Below are positions 1 through 9,659 of a DNA stretch of 64,000 nt, one piece after another. Each line of letters begins with the position of its first letter. The stretch's first letter is position 1. The stretch is from an uncultured Verrucomicrobiae bacterium (GTDB lineage Bacteria > Verrucomicrobiota > Verrucomicrobiia > Chthoniobacterales > Chthoniobacteraceae): positions 52,730 through 116,729 of the forward strand of contig CAWGMG010000017.1 of NCBI GenBank assembly GCA_963823615.1, in the 5' to 3' direction. The notes beneath the pieces were generated by a model. It worked only from the letters and a program-made list of their open reading frames with translations, was not told the DNA's origin and did no database searches. The position numbers and the translations under genes are program-made.

Positions 1-188
1 CATCGACTAAAGCACGCCGACCGCTCACGCTCGGCTCTGAACAGATCGCGGGTAAGAGCCGGGCGCTGCTTCGAGCATGCCTGGTTTTCCCTCGCCTGCG
101 GTGCGCAACCGCCCCACAATCTCCGGATCGCAAGGTCCGTGCGACGCTCGTACGCTTCTTCGGTTCTCCCTCCCCCCTACCCGTCCCC

Positions 189-875
189 ATGAAACGCTCC
201 TCCCTCGCTCTGCGCCCCGTTGCCTTCACCTTGATCGAGCTGCTGACGGTCATCGCCATTATCGCGATCCTCATGGCGCTGCTCTTTCCGATGGTGGTCC
301 TCGTCATGGAAAATGCGCGCAAAGCCAAGGCGCGGCAGGATTGCCTGCATATCGTGCAAAGCGTGGAGGCCTTTCACACGGACTATGGGCAGTACCCGCG
401 GCTCGATCCATCGGCGGCGTCGCCGCTCGCGGAAACGACTGACGAGGCGGCCGGCGACGTGGCCGCCCAGATGGCGATCCGCAACTCGGCGCTCTTCAAT
501 ACACTGCGCGCCATCGATCGGACGCCCAACACGAACAACGCGCAGAACCCGAAGCGGCAGTCTTATTACCCCACGACCATCGCCAGCAACCCCGCCAAAC
601 CGAAAGACGGCTTCCTCGAGACCAGCGACAGCCCGACCGGCAACCAGGGGTCGCTCTACGATCCGTGGGGCTCGGAGTATAACATCGTCATCGACTCCAA
701 CGGCGACAACGTCATCGATACCAAGTATGAAGACTTCAGCCGCGAAAACGCGCCGCGTGTACCGGTCGGCGCCTTCTCGCTCGGCAAAGACAAACTGCCC
801 GGCAAGAACGGCAACTGGAGATTGAAGCAAGGGACCGACTTCTCCGATGATCGCACCTCCTGGATGAGCAACTGA
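189..875 (+). CDS. prepilin-type N-terminal cleavage/methylation domain protein (type II secretion pseudopilin-like)
   Basis: N-terminus MKRSSLALRPVAFTLIELLTVIAIIAILMALLFP has the class III signal motif FTLIELL plus a hydrophobic helix; protein family abundant in Verrucomicrobia/Planctomycetes. Confidence 0.8.
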   Translation: MKRSSLALRPVAFTLIELLTVIAIIAILMALLFPMVVLVMENARKAKARQDCLHIVQSVEAFHTDYGQYPRLDPSAASPLAETTDEAAGDVAAQMAIRNSALFNTLRAIDRTPNTNNAQNPKRQSYYPTTIASNPAKPKDGFLETSDSPTGNQGSLYDPWGSEYNIVIDSNGDNVIDTKYEDFSRENAPRVPVGAFSLGKDKLPGKNGNWRLKQGTDFSDDRTSWMSN

Positions 876-990
876 GATCGCGGCGCAGCCCGCGACGGCG
901 CCGGCGCTCGAGCGCTTCCGCAAACGAGTCTCCAGTTTTCCCTCGCGTGAATTCCCGCGTGGCTTACCATACGCGTTCCGACCCGGCCCC

Positions 991-3046
991 ATGCGACGCC
1001 TCCCCAAATCCGCGCGGCTCCATCATCTTCTCCTCATCGAGGATGAGCCCGTAATTGCGCAGTGGGTGGCGGATTTGCTCGCGGAGTTTCCCGGCGGCCG
1101 CTTCCTGCTCGCCGGCCACGCGGAGTCGCTGCAGGACGGCCTGGCCAAGCTCCAGACGGCGCAGTTCGACATGGTCCTGCTCGATCTCAATCTGCCGGAC
1201 AGCGGCGGCATCGAGACCTTTCTGCGCGTCCACAGCGAGGCGGCGCATCTGCCGATCATCGTGCTGAGCGGGCTCGAGGACGAGGAGCTGGCGACGAAGA
1301 TCGTCCACCTCGGCGCGCAGGAGTATCTCGTCAAGACGCGGCTCGATTCGCAGACGCTCCAGCGCGCGCTGCGTTACGCGATGGAGCGTTTCCACGCCGA
1401 GGCGGAGCTCGCGAATGAGCGCGACCTGCTCCAGACGCTGCTCGAGAACATCCCGGACCGCATCTATTTCAAGGACAAGCAGAGCCGCTTCACCCGCATC
1501 AACCAGGCGCTGAAGCAGCTCTTCCGCCTCTCGCGCGTCGGAAGAGGCGTACGGCAAAACCGACGCGGATTTTTATGGCGAAGAGCACGCGCGCCCCGCG
1601 CTGGAAGACGAGCTCCGGCTCATGCAGACCGGCGAGTCGATCATCAACAAAGTCGAGCGCGAGGTGACGCTGGAGGGGCGCATGTCCTGGTCGCTCACGA
1701 CCAAGCTCCCGCTGCGCGACCGCTCCGGCAAGATCGTCGGCACGTGCGGCATCTCGCGCGACATCACCGAGCTGAAGGAGATGCAGGAGCAGCTCTGGCA
1801 GGAGCGCAATCTCCTCCGGAGCGTCATCGACAACCTGCCCGATCACATTTTCCTCAAGGACATCCACGGGCGCTATCTGCTCGATAACGCCGCCCATCAG
1901 CGGTGGCTCGGGTTCAGCGAGATCGAGCAGGTCGTCGGGAAGACGGTCTACGATTTCTTCCCGGAGGAGCTGGCGCGCCGGCTCGCGGCCGATGACGCGG
2001 ACGTGCTCAACTCGGGGCAGCCGCTGGTCAATCACGAGGAAAAGCTGATGGCGCCGAATGGCGAGGAGCGCTGGGTCGTGACCTCGAAGGTGCCGTGGTA
2101 TGGCGAAGGGACCGACCCGCTCGGCCTCGTCTGCATCGCGCGCGATGTCACGCAGCACAAGGAGGCCGAGGCGAATTTGCGCAAGGTGAACGCCGAGCTG
2201 CGGCACAGCCGGGAGAAGACGCTCGTTGCCATGCAGCGCCTGCAGGTCGCGCACGAGGAGCTGCGCAGCGTGCAGTTGCAGCTCATCGAGGCGGAGAAAA
2301 TGAAATCGATCGGCCGGCTCGCCGCGGGCATCGCGCACGAGGTGAAGAACCCGCTCGCCATCCTCCGCATGGCCATCGATTACCTCGGCACGATCAAAGA
2401 CAAGGACGAGAACGTCCCCGCCGTGCTCGCCGAAATGACCGACGCCGTGCAGCGCGCCGATGTCGTGGTGCGCGGGCTGCTCGATTTCTCCGCGCCGACG
2501 CAGCTCGAGCTCTCGCCGATGGATCTCAACGCGATCATCGAGAGCGCGCTCACGATGGTGAAAGGCGAGATGGTCGGCGATTTCACCCTGCACCGGGAGC
2601 TGACGGCCGGGCTGCCGCTGCTGCCGATCGACGGCGCGAAAATCTCGCAGGTCTTCGTCAATCTCCTGACCAACGCGCTCCACGCGATGCACGGAAAAGG
2701 GATGCTCACCGTGCGCACTTATGCGCGGCAACTGACCGGCGTCGGCGCGAATATTTCCGGCAACCGCTCCGAGACTTTCCGCGTCGGCCAGCAGATCGTC
2801 GTGGCGGAGATCGACGACACAGGCGAGGGCATTCCGGAGGACAAACTGCCGAAGATTTTCGAGCCGTTCTACACGACGAAGCCGACCGGCAAGGGCACCG
2901 GCCTCGGCCTTTCCGTGGTGAAGACGATCATGGACCTGCACGGCGGCACCATCGATATTTTCAATCGTTCCGACGGCACCGGCGTGCGCGTGACGCTCAT
3001 GTTCCGCCCGAGCGGCGCGCCGGCTCCCGGTGAGTTGTCGACATAA
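991..3046 (+). CDS. hybrid response-regulator receiver / PAS / PAS sensor histidine kinase (REC-PAS-PAS-HisKA-HATPase_c), interrupted by apparent 1-nt frameshift near 1535-1545
   Basis: 991-frame: REC domain (LLIEDEP..DMVLLDLNLPDSGG..IIVLSG) then PAS (DRIYFKDKQSRFTRINQALKQLF). The reading frame continues in the 1622-frame (..EEAYGKTDADFYGEEHARPALEDELRLMQTGESIINKVERE). Later motifs: HEVKNPL (H-box) and ATP-binding G-boxes (GTGLGLS). Confidence 0.8.
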
Positions 3047-3078
3047 CGCCGGGGTTCTGCGTTGAATATTCGCCTCAC

Positions 3079-3450
3079 ATGGAATCCAAGACGAAAGTGC
3101 TCATTGTCGACGACGAATCCGGCTTCACCCGGCTGGTGAAGCTGACGCTCGAGCGCTCGGGCAACTACCAGGTGCGCGAGCAAAACGACGGCTCGCAAGC
3201 CTGGCTCACCGCGCGCGAGTTTCGCCCCGACATCATCTTTCTCGACGTCGTCATGCCGAAGGTCGACGGCGGCGAAGTCGCGCAGCAGATCCGCTCCGAC
3301 CCGCTGCTCGAGAACGTGCCGGTCATCTTCCTCACCGCCATCGTCTCGCAGAAAGAGTCGCACCACGAATTCGGCGGCTTCCCGTTCCTGGCCAAGCCGG
3401 TGAGCATCGACACGATCAAGAAAACGATCGCGGAGCATCTGGGGGGGTAG
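3079..3450 (+). CDS. single-domain response regulator (CheY-like receiver)
   Basis: KVLIVDDESGF..DIIFLDVVMPKVDGGEV..PVIFLTA shows the conserved Asp pocket and phospho-acceptor Asp. Confidence 0.85.
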   Translation: MESKTKVLIVDDESGFTRLVKLTLERSGNYQVREQNDGSQAWLTAREFRPDIIFLDVVMPKVDGGEVAQQIRSDPLLENVPVIFLTAIVSQKESHHEFGGFPFLAKPVSIDTIKKTIAEHLGG

Positions 3451-3464
3451 ACCCACCGAACTCT

Positions 3465-3737
3465 ATGAACACGCTGCGAACCTCTCTTTTCCTCCTGCTC
3501 GCGGTGAATCTCGCCGGCGCGCAGGCACCGGACAACGCCAACCCGCCGTCCGCGGCGCCGCCCGCGCAAAAGGAGATGGTGGATTGGATTGCGGCGACCG
3601 ACGCGCAGTGGCAGGCCGCTTTCAAGCGGGACGTCACCGACGTGCATGACGCCGAGGTCCCCAGCCTCAGGCGGCGGAATCTCACCGCTCGGAGGGGCCC
3701 TCGCACGCTTTTTGCCTGTGAATGTCGAAAGTTGTAA
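3465..3737 (+). CDS. hypothetical small secreted protein
   Basis: N-terminal signal-peptide-like MNTLRTSLFLLLAVNLAGAQA; no recognisable domain. Confidence 0.3.
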   Translation: MNTLRTSLFLLLAVNLAGAQAPDNANPPSAAPPAQKEMVDWIAATDAQWQAAFKRDVTDVHDAEVPSLRRRNLTARRGPRTLFACECRKL

Positions 3738-3899
3738 CTTACCCCTTTCCCCTCCCGAAAACCGGGATCTCGCGAATCGCCTGCCAATTTGTTGAGCCAA
3801 ACCAAACACACTACCGCCGGGACTCCAGCTAGCAAACTCCTTTTCACGCAAGCGACCGACATCCGCAAGGGCGTTACCACTCTTCTCGAAACGCGAAAG

Positions 3900-4658
3900 A
3901 TGTGGCTGGTTCCGGGGGATTTGAGCTGGTCGATCATCAGTTCTTTCACGTTGAGCAGTGAGGTCGAATGGAAGGAGTATCCGCTGGCGGAGTCATCCTT
4001 GAGAAATCGGATCAAGCTCCTGGAGGCGCAGGTCCGCGAGCCTACGGAGGTTGCCAGGATTGAGCTTCGCCTCTCAAATCGGCACGTGAACCGCTGGATC
4101 ACAACCAAGCCGGAGGAATGTGCTCGCGTCATCGATGAAATCAATCGTGATTATGCGCCGATCGCCGAACCGAACGAACGCTGCCAGTGGTACCTACTTC
4201 AGAGCGTCTTCCGACGGGAACTCATTCGAGGAAAGACTTCCTCCAAGGCAGTCCGTGATCAATTTGAACTATTCATGAATGACGATTCGGTGCCGCTCAA
4301 CGAGCGGATCGCTATGGTCGGAACAGTGGCGCGTGAGCTCTACACAGAGGGCGACGCGGTTCAGGCGGACAAGTACCTGTCAGATTTCGCTCAAAAGCAT
4401 CCTGAAGCTCTCACATCGCAAGCCTACTTGCACGCCTGGTTTTATGTTTCCTTGTTGGGAATCGGAGACCGGCGGAAGGCAAAGGATATTCTGGTGAAGA
4501 TCGTTCCCGCTGGGCTTGGTGCAGCGCAACTCCCCGCTACGGACCCAGCGTTCGCGATGAGCGACACATATTTTTCGGTCTTGGGATTGACGGACGACGA
4601 ACTTCGGCGACGCGCCTGGCTGGAAATGTCGAAGCGAAAGGCCGGAGCATTAAAATGA
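3900..4658 (+). CDS. hypothetical protein (first gene of low-GC island)
   Basis: ORF 3789..4658 with ATG at 3900; GC visibly lower than flanks; stop TGA overlaps next ATG (ATGA at 4655-4658), suggesting translational coupling. Confidence 0.4.
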   Translation: MWLVPGDLSWSIISSFTLSSEVEWKEYPLAESSLRNRIKLLEAQVREPTEVARIELRLSNRHVNRWITTKPEECARVIDEINRDYAPIAEPNERCQWYLLQSVFRRELIRGKTSSKAVRDQFELFMNDDSVPLNERIAMVGTVARELYTEGDAVQADKYLSDFAQKHPEALTSQAYLHAWFYVSLLGIGDRRKAKDILVKIVPAGLGAAQLPATDPAFAMSDTYFSVLGLTDDELRRRAWLEMSKRKAGALK

Positions 4659-5993
4659 AAGACATCAAACTGTTTCTAATGTTGCTGCTCGTGGCACCTG
4701 CGTCGCTCCTTGGCGGGACGTGGCTCTCCACAAAGACATTGAGTTGTTTCCGACGCAACCCTCCGGCGGCTGGTCCTTGACGCTGCCACCTAAAGGGGCG
4801 GCGGACTTCACGGTCGCATTCAAGCCGCTGAAAGTCAACGGCATCACCTACGTGTACAAGGACAAATCGGCCACGATCAAGATTACGGGTGACAATAAGG
4901 ATGTAATGTGGACAATGAGCAGTAATACGGCGGCAGCACTGCTCAATCCCAATTCGATCGCGGCGACGACCACAGCCGTCGTTACGGGGATCTGGGTGCC
5001 GGAGGGGGCGCGGGGCCGGGAGGCGGATCAGGGCCAAGCAGCATCACGGGTACAGCCACCGTCATCGGTGTCACACTTGACACCAAAGAGTGTGTTACTT
5101 GGCAAATCGATCCCAACGTGCAAAAAACGGACGGCAGTAGCGCCATCACGTACATCGCCACGGTCTACAAAGCCGATGGAACCGTGAAGGAAGATGCGCA
5201 ACTGACCTCGGTAGTCCCAATCGAGGTAAGATCGGAGTTCAATGGGCGTCCGCCACCTCCTTGGATTTCTAAATCGGACAGCCGAGCAAAGGGCGTAGCT
5301 TGGGGCGAAATCGTCTGTCCATTCCCGGCCTCTTCTAACGGAAAACTGCAACTAAGCTATGATGGGAAGACCTCCAATAGTCCATTACTTACGTTTATTC
5401 TTCCAGTGCAGATCTTATTTAAGACGAGCGGGACAATAATAAACGATCCGGAATACGTCGGGTATAAATACGCCGTGGTATATGGGCAGGGCGAGAACCT
5501 CGGGCCGTTGCCTATGGGGAGAGGGCGAGCCGAACACCCATCCTCTTACACCGCTCCGTTGATGGCCATGGCAAAGGTTCCGACTTTGCCAGGAATTAGC
5601 TTTCATTGGGTGCGACTTGTAACCCTAAGATCTTGGTTTTTTCAATTCGATCAGAACGGTAAATGCCAGGTGCTTTTCAGGACTGCTTTGAAGGGTCCTA
5701 CGCCGGACATTAATACGATGGAAGTCGTGCAGAATACGCCGAGTCCGCAGACTGGAAATATCTACATTTGGGATAACCCTGCAACGGACCCTTCTTACCA
5801 GCATCCCCCGGTGGGCGTGTACATTTACGAAAAGAAAAATTTCTACTATGCTGTGTACGACAATATAGCCACCCGGTTGCTTCCGCGGTGTTGTCGCAAA
5901 GCGCGTTCGTCCGTCGGATCGCCGGGACAGCGATCTTTACAAGCGATTATCAAGGCATCCAAAACCTCTTGCAGGTTGGAGAAGTTAGCATGA
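4655..5993 (+). CDS. hypothetical secreted protein, split over three frames (signal peptide 4655-4783; 4720-5187; 5118-5993)
   Basis: Signal peptide MKDIKLFLMLLLVAPASLLGG in frame 2 runs into the 4720 ORF and then the 5118 ORF; consistent with indel errors; low-GC island. Confidence 0.35.
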
Positions 5994-6069
5994 CAGTTAC
6001 CGACGCAGAGGTCAGGGCGCTGATCCCAGGCCAATATCAAATCGAGTATGAGCCGACGGCTAAATAATC

Positions 6070-6732
6070 ATGAATCTCCATAAAACTCCAATCACTGTAT
6101 TGCTTGCGCTTTCACTACTACTAGTTTCCCTAGCGAAATCGCAGTCGGTGATGGATCGGCCGGAGCCACTCGGAGCAGTCGTCAAAAACTGTCCGAACAT
6201 TGTCCTTTCGCGTGTTGTCGATGTCGGATTTGTCGATTTAACAAATTCGGGTGTAAGCGTCTTCGACAAGGTTAGCTTTGAGCGAATCCGAGATATGAAA
6301 GGCTCCAGTCCGTCAAAGTTCGATGCGAAGATCGTTGTACGCGCATACCTGAGCGGTCAAGTTGATGATGAACCGAAAGTGGGGAAAGACTACCTACTGC
6401 TGGGAGCATTCGACGGTGCGAACTCGAGTATTCGGAGCTTGATTGAGAGCACACCCGAAAATATTTCCGAGGTAAAACGTCTTCTTATCGACGCCGCGCC
6501 GCCGACGAGTCCTGTCCCCTCTACTCCCAAGGCAATCACCACTCCTACTCCGGAATCTGTCGAACCGCGCGCGCTTGTCCCGCCGGCTCCGGCGACACAA
6601 GTGCCTGTGACACCCGCGGCAACCCCGCGAGGCGTGTCACCGAGGAAGAACAATCTCGCGTGGCCGATTGCGGTGTTTATAGGGCTGGGCCTGTTGGTCG
6701 CATTCTATTTCCGACGGAGACGAACGTCGTAG
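6070..6732 (+). CDS. hypothetical secreted Pro/Thr-rich protein with C-terminal WP-TM-RRRR tail (PEP-CTERM-like sorting signal?)
   Basis: Signal peptide MNLHKTPITVLLALSLLLVSLAKSQS; linker PTSPVPSTPKAITTPTPESVEP..; C-terminus AWPIAVFIGLGLLVAFYFRRRRTS. Confidence 0.55.
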   Translation: MNLHKTPITVLLALSLLLVSLAKSQSVMDRPEPLGAVVKNCPNIVLSRVVDVGFVDLTNSGVSVFDKVSFERIRDMKGSSPSKFDAKIVVRAYLSGQVDDEPKVGKDYLLLGAFDGANSSIRSLIESTPENISEVKRLLIDAAPPTSPVPSTPKAITTPTPESVEPRALVPPAPATQVPVTPAATPRGVSPRKNNLAWPIAVFIGLGLLVAFYFRRRRTS

Positions 6733-6841
6733 GGGCGCATAGTCAGGAAAGTGGGGAGCAGGAGGCAAACGTTCACACAGCATAAGGGGCGGCATCGGGG
6801 TTCTGGAGGCGAATCGTGACCGTGTCCCAACGGACCTCCGG

Positions 6842-7315
6842 TCATGGCGCCACCCCTGAACGAACGGCGGACATCCTCCGTGCAATGCGCCAGCATCCAA
6901 AGACGCCGGCGGCGACGAGCAGGTAGCCGAGCCAGTCCATACCATAAAAGTCCGACGAGGTGCCGAGGAGGGTGGCGCGGTCCGGATGGCCGGGGATGGC
7001 GCGGACGGTGACGGGCGGCGGCGGTCCGCCATCCACCACTGGGGCGTGGAGCTCGTAGTAGTCGCGCTGCACCTCGAAGTATTTTTCGAGCGGCCCCGCC
7101 CCGCCTTCGTTCCAGCTCACGCGCAGGAGATAGCGCTTCGTGTCGTTGGCATCGCCCCGGCTGTCGACTTTGGCTTCCAGGATCGAGCCGGGGAAGGAGA
7201 CGCCGTGCTGCTCCATTTCCTGCCGGCGCAGCTTGGAATGCAGGCCGAGGGCGATGAAGACGAAGCCGCCGACGATGGCACAGAGGGCGAGCGTGTAGGG
7301 CTGTAGATTTTTCAT
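6842..7315 (-). CDS. hypothetical membrane protein (DUF3592-like topology)
   Basis: Likely start MKNLQPYTLALCAIVGGFVFIALGL (TM), then a beta-rich domain and a C-terminal TM (GYLLVAAGVFGCW). Confidence 0.5.
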   Translation of the reverse strand: MKNLQPYTLALCAIVGGFVFIALGLHSKLRRQEMEQHGVSFPGSILEAKVDSRGDANDTKRYLLRVSWNEGGAGPLEKYFEVQRDYYELHAPVVDGGPPPPVTVRAIPGHPDRATLLGTSSDFYGMDWLGYLLVAAGVFGCWRIARRMSAVRSGVAP

Positions 7316-7596
7316 GCGGGGGTCGCGCCGGCTCACGCAGAAAGCGCGAAATAGTCGCGCCCCGCGGCGGGCCGTCCGCCTTCTGGTATAGGTGGCGGTG
7401 CCGCTTTCCGGCAAGGGCAGGATCACGCCGGCTCCGCGCCGCCGCAGCCACCGCGCACTGCGGCTCCGCGCCCTTTACGCGCTGGAGCGTGCACCGGCCC
7501 TGCGTGCTCAAGCGCGTGCCGCTTGCGCACAAACGATTCCGCATTTTTTGACAATTCTCTGACATCACCTGACGCAGCCTGTGGCAGAGTTTCCTC

Positions 7597-8124
7597 ATGC
7601 GCGCTCCCCAATTTTTCACCCACGGTGTTTGTCTTCTCACATTCGCAGCCATCGGTCTCACAGAGGAGCCCGCACGCGAGGCAAAGGCGACCGGGCGGGA
7701 GGCGCCGCCCGCGCCGGCCGTGAGTGCTCCCAACGCCGCTCTCCTCGACGGATTGAGCGTGGCGGGCACGATGAAGCAGATCATCGGGAGCTTCGACACT
7801 TACGGAAATCCGAGCCCCGGCTGCACCTTCGAGCTCAGCTTCGCGAAGCTGCCGGAGAGGACGATCGACTTTACCCGGCCGGCGGATGCTCGCGGAGCTG
7901 ATCAGGGCCGCGCTTACGTCCCCGTGCGCACCCCCTTGGCCGTCGAGCTCGTGGATGGGAAACAGGGATTCATTCGCTTGGCTTCGCCCAACGACCAAAC
8001 CAAACTGACCATCGAGATCCACGCGAACGAATTCGCCAGGGGCGCCAAAGCGCGCATCTATTTCCTGGAGCTGAGCTACGGGAAGATCAGGTGCATGGCG
8101 GAGGCGGAGGGGGTGCTACAGTGA
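7597..8124 (+). CDS. hypothetical secreted protein
   Basis: Signal-peptide-like N-terminus MRAPQFFTHGVCLLTFAAIG; no recognisable domain. Confidence 0.4.
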   Translation: MRAPQFFTHGVCLLTFAAIGLTEEPAREAKATGREAPPAPAVSAPNAALLDGLSVAGTMKQIIGSFDTYGNPSPGCTFELSFAKLPERTIDFTRPADARGADQGRAYVPVRTPLAVELVDGKQGFIRLASPNDQTKLTIEIHANEFARGAKARIYFLELSYGKIRCMAEAEGVLQ

Positions 8125-8246
8125 GTGGTCCGCTCAGTCCCGTGAGCGGCCCGGGGTGCATGGCGGACACGGAGGGGTCCTTCAGTAGGCGTCGGGTCTA
8201 GGGTCGAAGGGGCCGCCAGCCGGCCCGGCGAAAAGATGGTGGAAGA

Positions 8247-8289
8247 AAAAAGTGAAACATCTTTCCGATAGGGGTTGTGAGATTCGGTG
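8247..8289 (+). repeat. 43-nt module X (aaaagtgaaacatctttccgataggggttgtgagattcggtg); second copy at 19564-19605
   Basis: About 38/43 identity between the two copies; each lies ~300-390 nt upstream of a ctctgagacc repeat start. Confidence 0.7.
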
Positions 8290-8552
8290 CTGGAATGGGA
8301 GGGATGAAACCACCGGCTCTCCTCGATACGATTGGGAAGGCACGCAGGTTTGGAGTCCCGGCTTCAGCCGGCCGGGCGATCGCATCGCGGAGGTTGTCCG
8401 AAGATCCCGGCGCTCTTCGGGTGCCACATCTCGCCGCCCGAAGGCGGGACTCCGAACCTGGCCGCGCTTCGTGGGAGACGCGAAACGTGGCACTTCGTCC
8501 CGAAAGTGCTGCGCCCCGTGGTGCCTCCCGAGCCGCACTCTTTGCGCACTCA

Positions 8553-8585
8553 CTCTGAGACCCCGTTGCAGAATGTGCAACATCC
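8553..8585 (+). repeat. terminal repeat module ctctgagaccccgTTGCAgaatgTGCAAcatcc containing a TTGCA-N5-TGCAA inverted repeat; reverse copy at 50155-50189
   Basis: About 28/33 identity to the rc of 50155-50189 (cctctgagacccctTTGCAaaatgTGCAAaattcc); perfect 5-bp half-sites. Confidence 0.7.
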
Positions 8586-8624
8586 ATCCACGCATCGCTC
8601 GGCGGGCGGCGGGCGGCTATCCAA

Positions 8625-8650
8625 GTCTGACAGGTCTGACAGGTCTGACG
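8625..8650 (+). repeat. 3x tandem 9-mer GTCTGACAG (inverse copy CCGTCAGAC x3 at 35529-35561)
   Basis: gtctgacaggtctgacaggtctgacg; ~410 nt upstream of the ECF sigma gene. Confidence 0.7.
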
Positions 8651-9059
8651 TGGGCAAATTTCGCCAGCCTCCGACTCCAAACCGGTGCAAATCTGTAACA
8701 AATTGTAACGAAACTCCGGATTCCGCCCACCTCGGGCCGTTCAATTGAACATTCGCCGGCCTGAGCTGTCTCACTTTCTGCGCCTTGAGCCCTCCGAAGG
8801 GGCGCTTCATCCCATGACGATTTTCCTCCTCTCTCTCGCGGCTCTTGGCGGGGCGCTTTGGCTTCGTGAACTCGCGGCGGCGCAATGTGCGGCGCTCGTG
8901 CGGGTCCGGGTGCGGCGCGGCCATTTTCGTTCCTTGAAATCATGAGCTCGGCGACCTCGATCTTTCCCCGGCGGAATGGGTGAAGCGTTCTTTCCCTGGG
9001 GCGCGGCGCCCGAAACAGCTTCCCCACCTGCCGTCGCGCCTGTTACGAAGCCGCGCACG

Positions 9060-9641
9060 ATGGAAGACGCCGGCCGCAAGCTCGACGACGCGCTCGTCGC
9101 CCGCACCCAGGCAGGCGACTCGGTGGCGTTCGATGAGCTCGTGGTGAAGTATTCGCCGCGCCTCTACGGCCTCGTCTACAACATGACCTCGAACCACGAG
9201 GACACGAACGACCTGCTGCAGGATGTCTGGGCCAAGGCGTATCGCTCGATCAAGGGCTTCCGCATGCAGTCGAGCTTCTACACGTGGCTGCACTCGATCG
9301 CCGTCAACATGACGATCAACTTCCTGAAGAAGCGCGGCCGCCGGCACTCGGTGAGCCTCGATGACGTCGAGAGCGGGGTGCAGAACGACAAGGAGTTTCT
9401 CGAGCTCACCGCGACCACGAATCCGGTGCGCGAGGCGGATCTCGGCGAGCTGCAAAAGCGGCTGAACGAGGCGATGCTCAAGCTCTCGGTCGATCACCGC
9501 GCGGTCGTCACCATGTTCGACATCCAGGGGATGCCGCACGCGGAGATCGCGAAGATTCTTGAAGGTGTCCGAGGGGACGGTCCGTTCGCGGCTGTTCTAC
9601 GCGCATCGGCAGTTGCAAAATTTCCTGACTGAGTTTCACTA
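9060..9641 (+). CDS. ECF-type RNA polymerase sigma-70 factor (frameshift near C-terminus ~9570)
   Basis: Region 2 (LVVKYSPRLYGLVYNMTSNHEDTNDLLQDVWAKAYRSI) and region 4 (DHRAVVTMFDIQGMPHAEIAKIL). After a 1-nt shift the frame ends ..TVRSRLFYAHRQLQNFLTEFH*. Confidence 0.85.
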
Positions 9642-9659
9642 GCCGACCTGTACCGCCTT

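Noticed and set aside
1499-2941. Long antisense ORFs overlapping confidently assigned genes (e.g. 177-1007-, 1499-2941-, 13555-14778-, 14794-16260-, 20664-22142-, 22206-23618-, 23516-24775-, 24943-27348+, 27427-30876+, 34487-37255+, 38071-39285+, 40694-42028-, 47512-48897+, 49033-50433+, 50865-51923+, 53612-55801-, 55867-56937-)
   Set aside because: Each lies opposite a gene with clear family motifs. The translations are Arg/Ala/Gly-rich low-complexity sequence typical of stop-poor frames in ~68% GC DNA.
991-3046. Treating the frame-disrupted genes as genuine pseudogenes
   Set aside because: Disruptions are single-base frame slips spread over >14 genes including essential hisS and ftsK. Systematic indel error is the more parsimonious explanation. 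Only the PhyH fragment and the truncated transposase copy are called pseudogenes.
8252-8924. Overlapping ORFs in the 8200-8950 intergenic region (8252-8698+, 8332-8748+, 8198-8701-, 8550-8924-)
   Set aside because: They are mutually overlapping with no domains, and the region is occupied by repeat modules (module X, terminal palindrome, 9-mer tandem). It is more plausibly non-coding.
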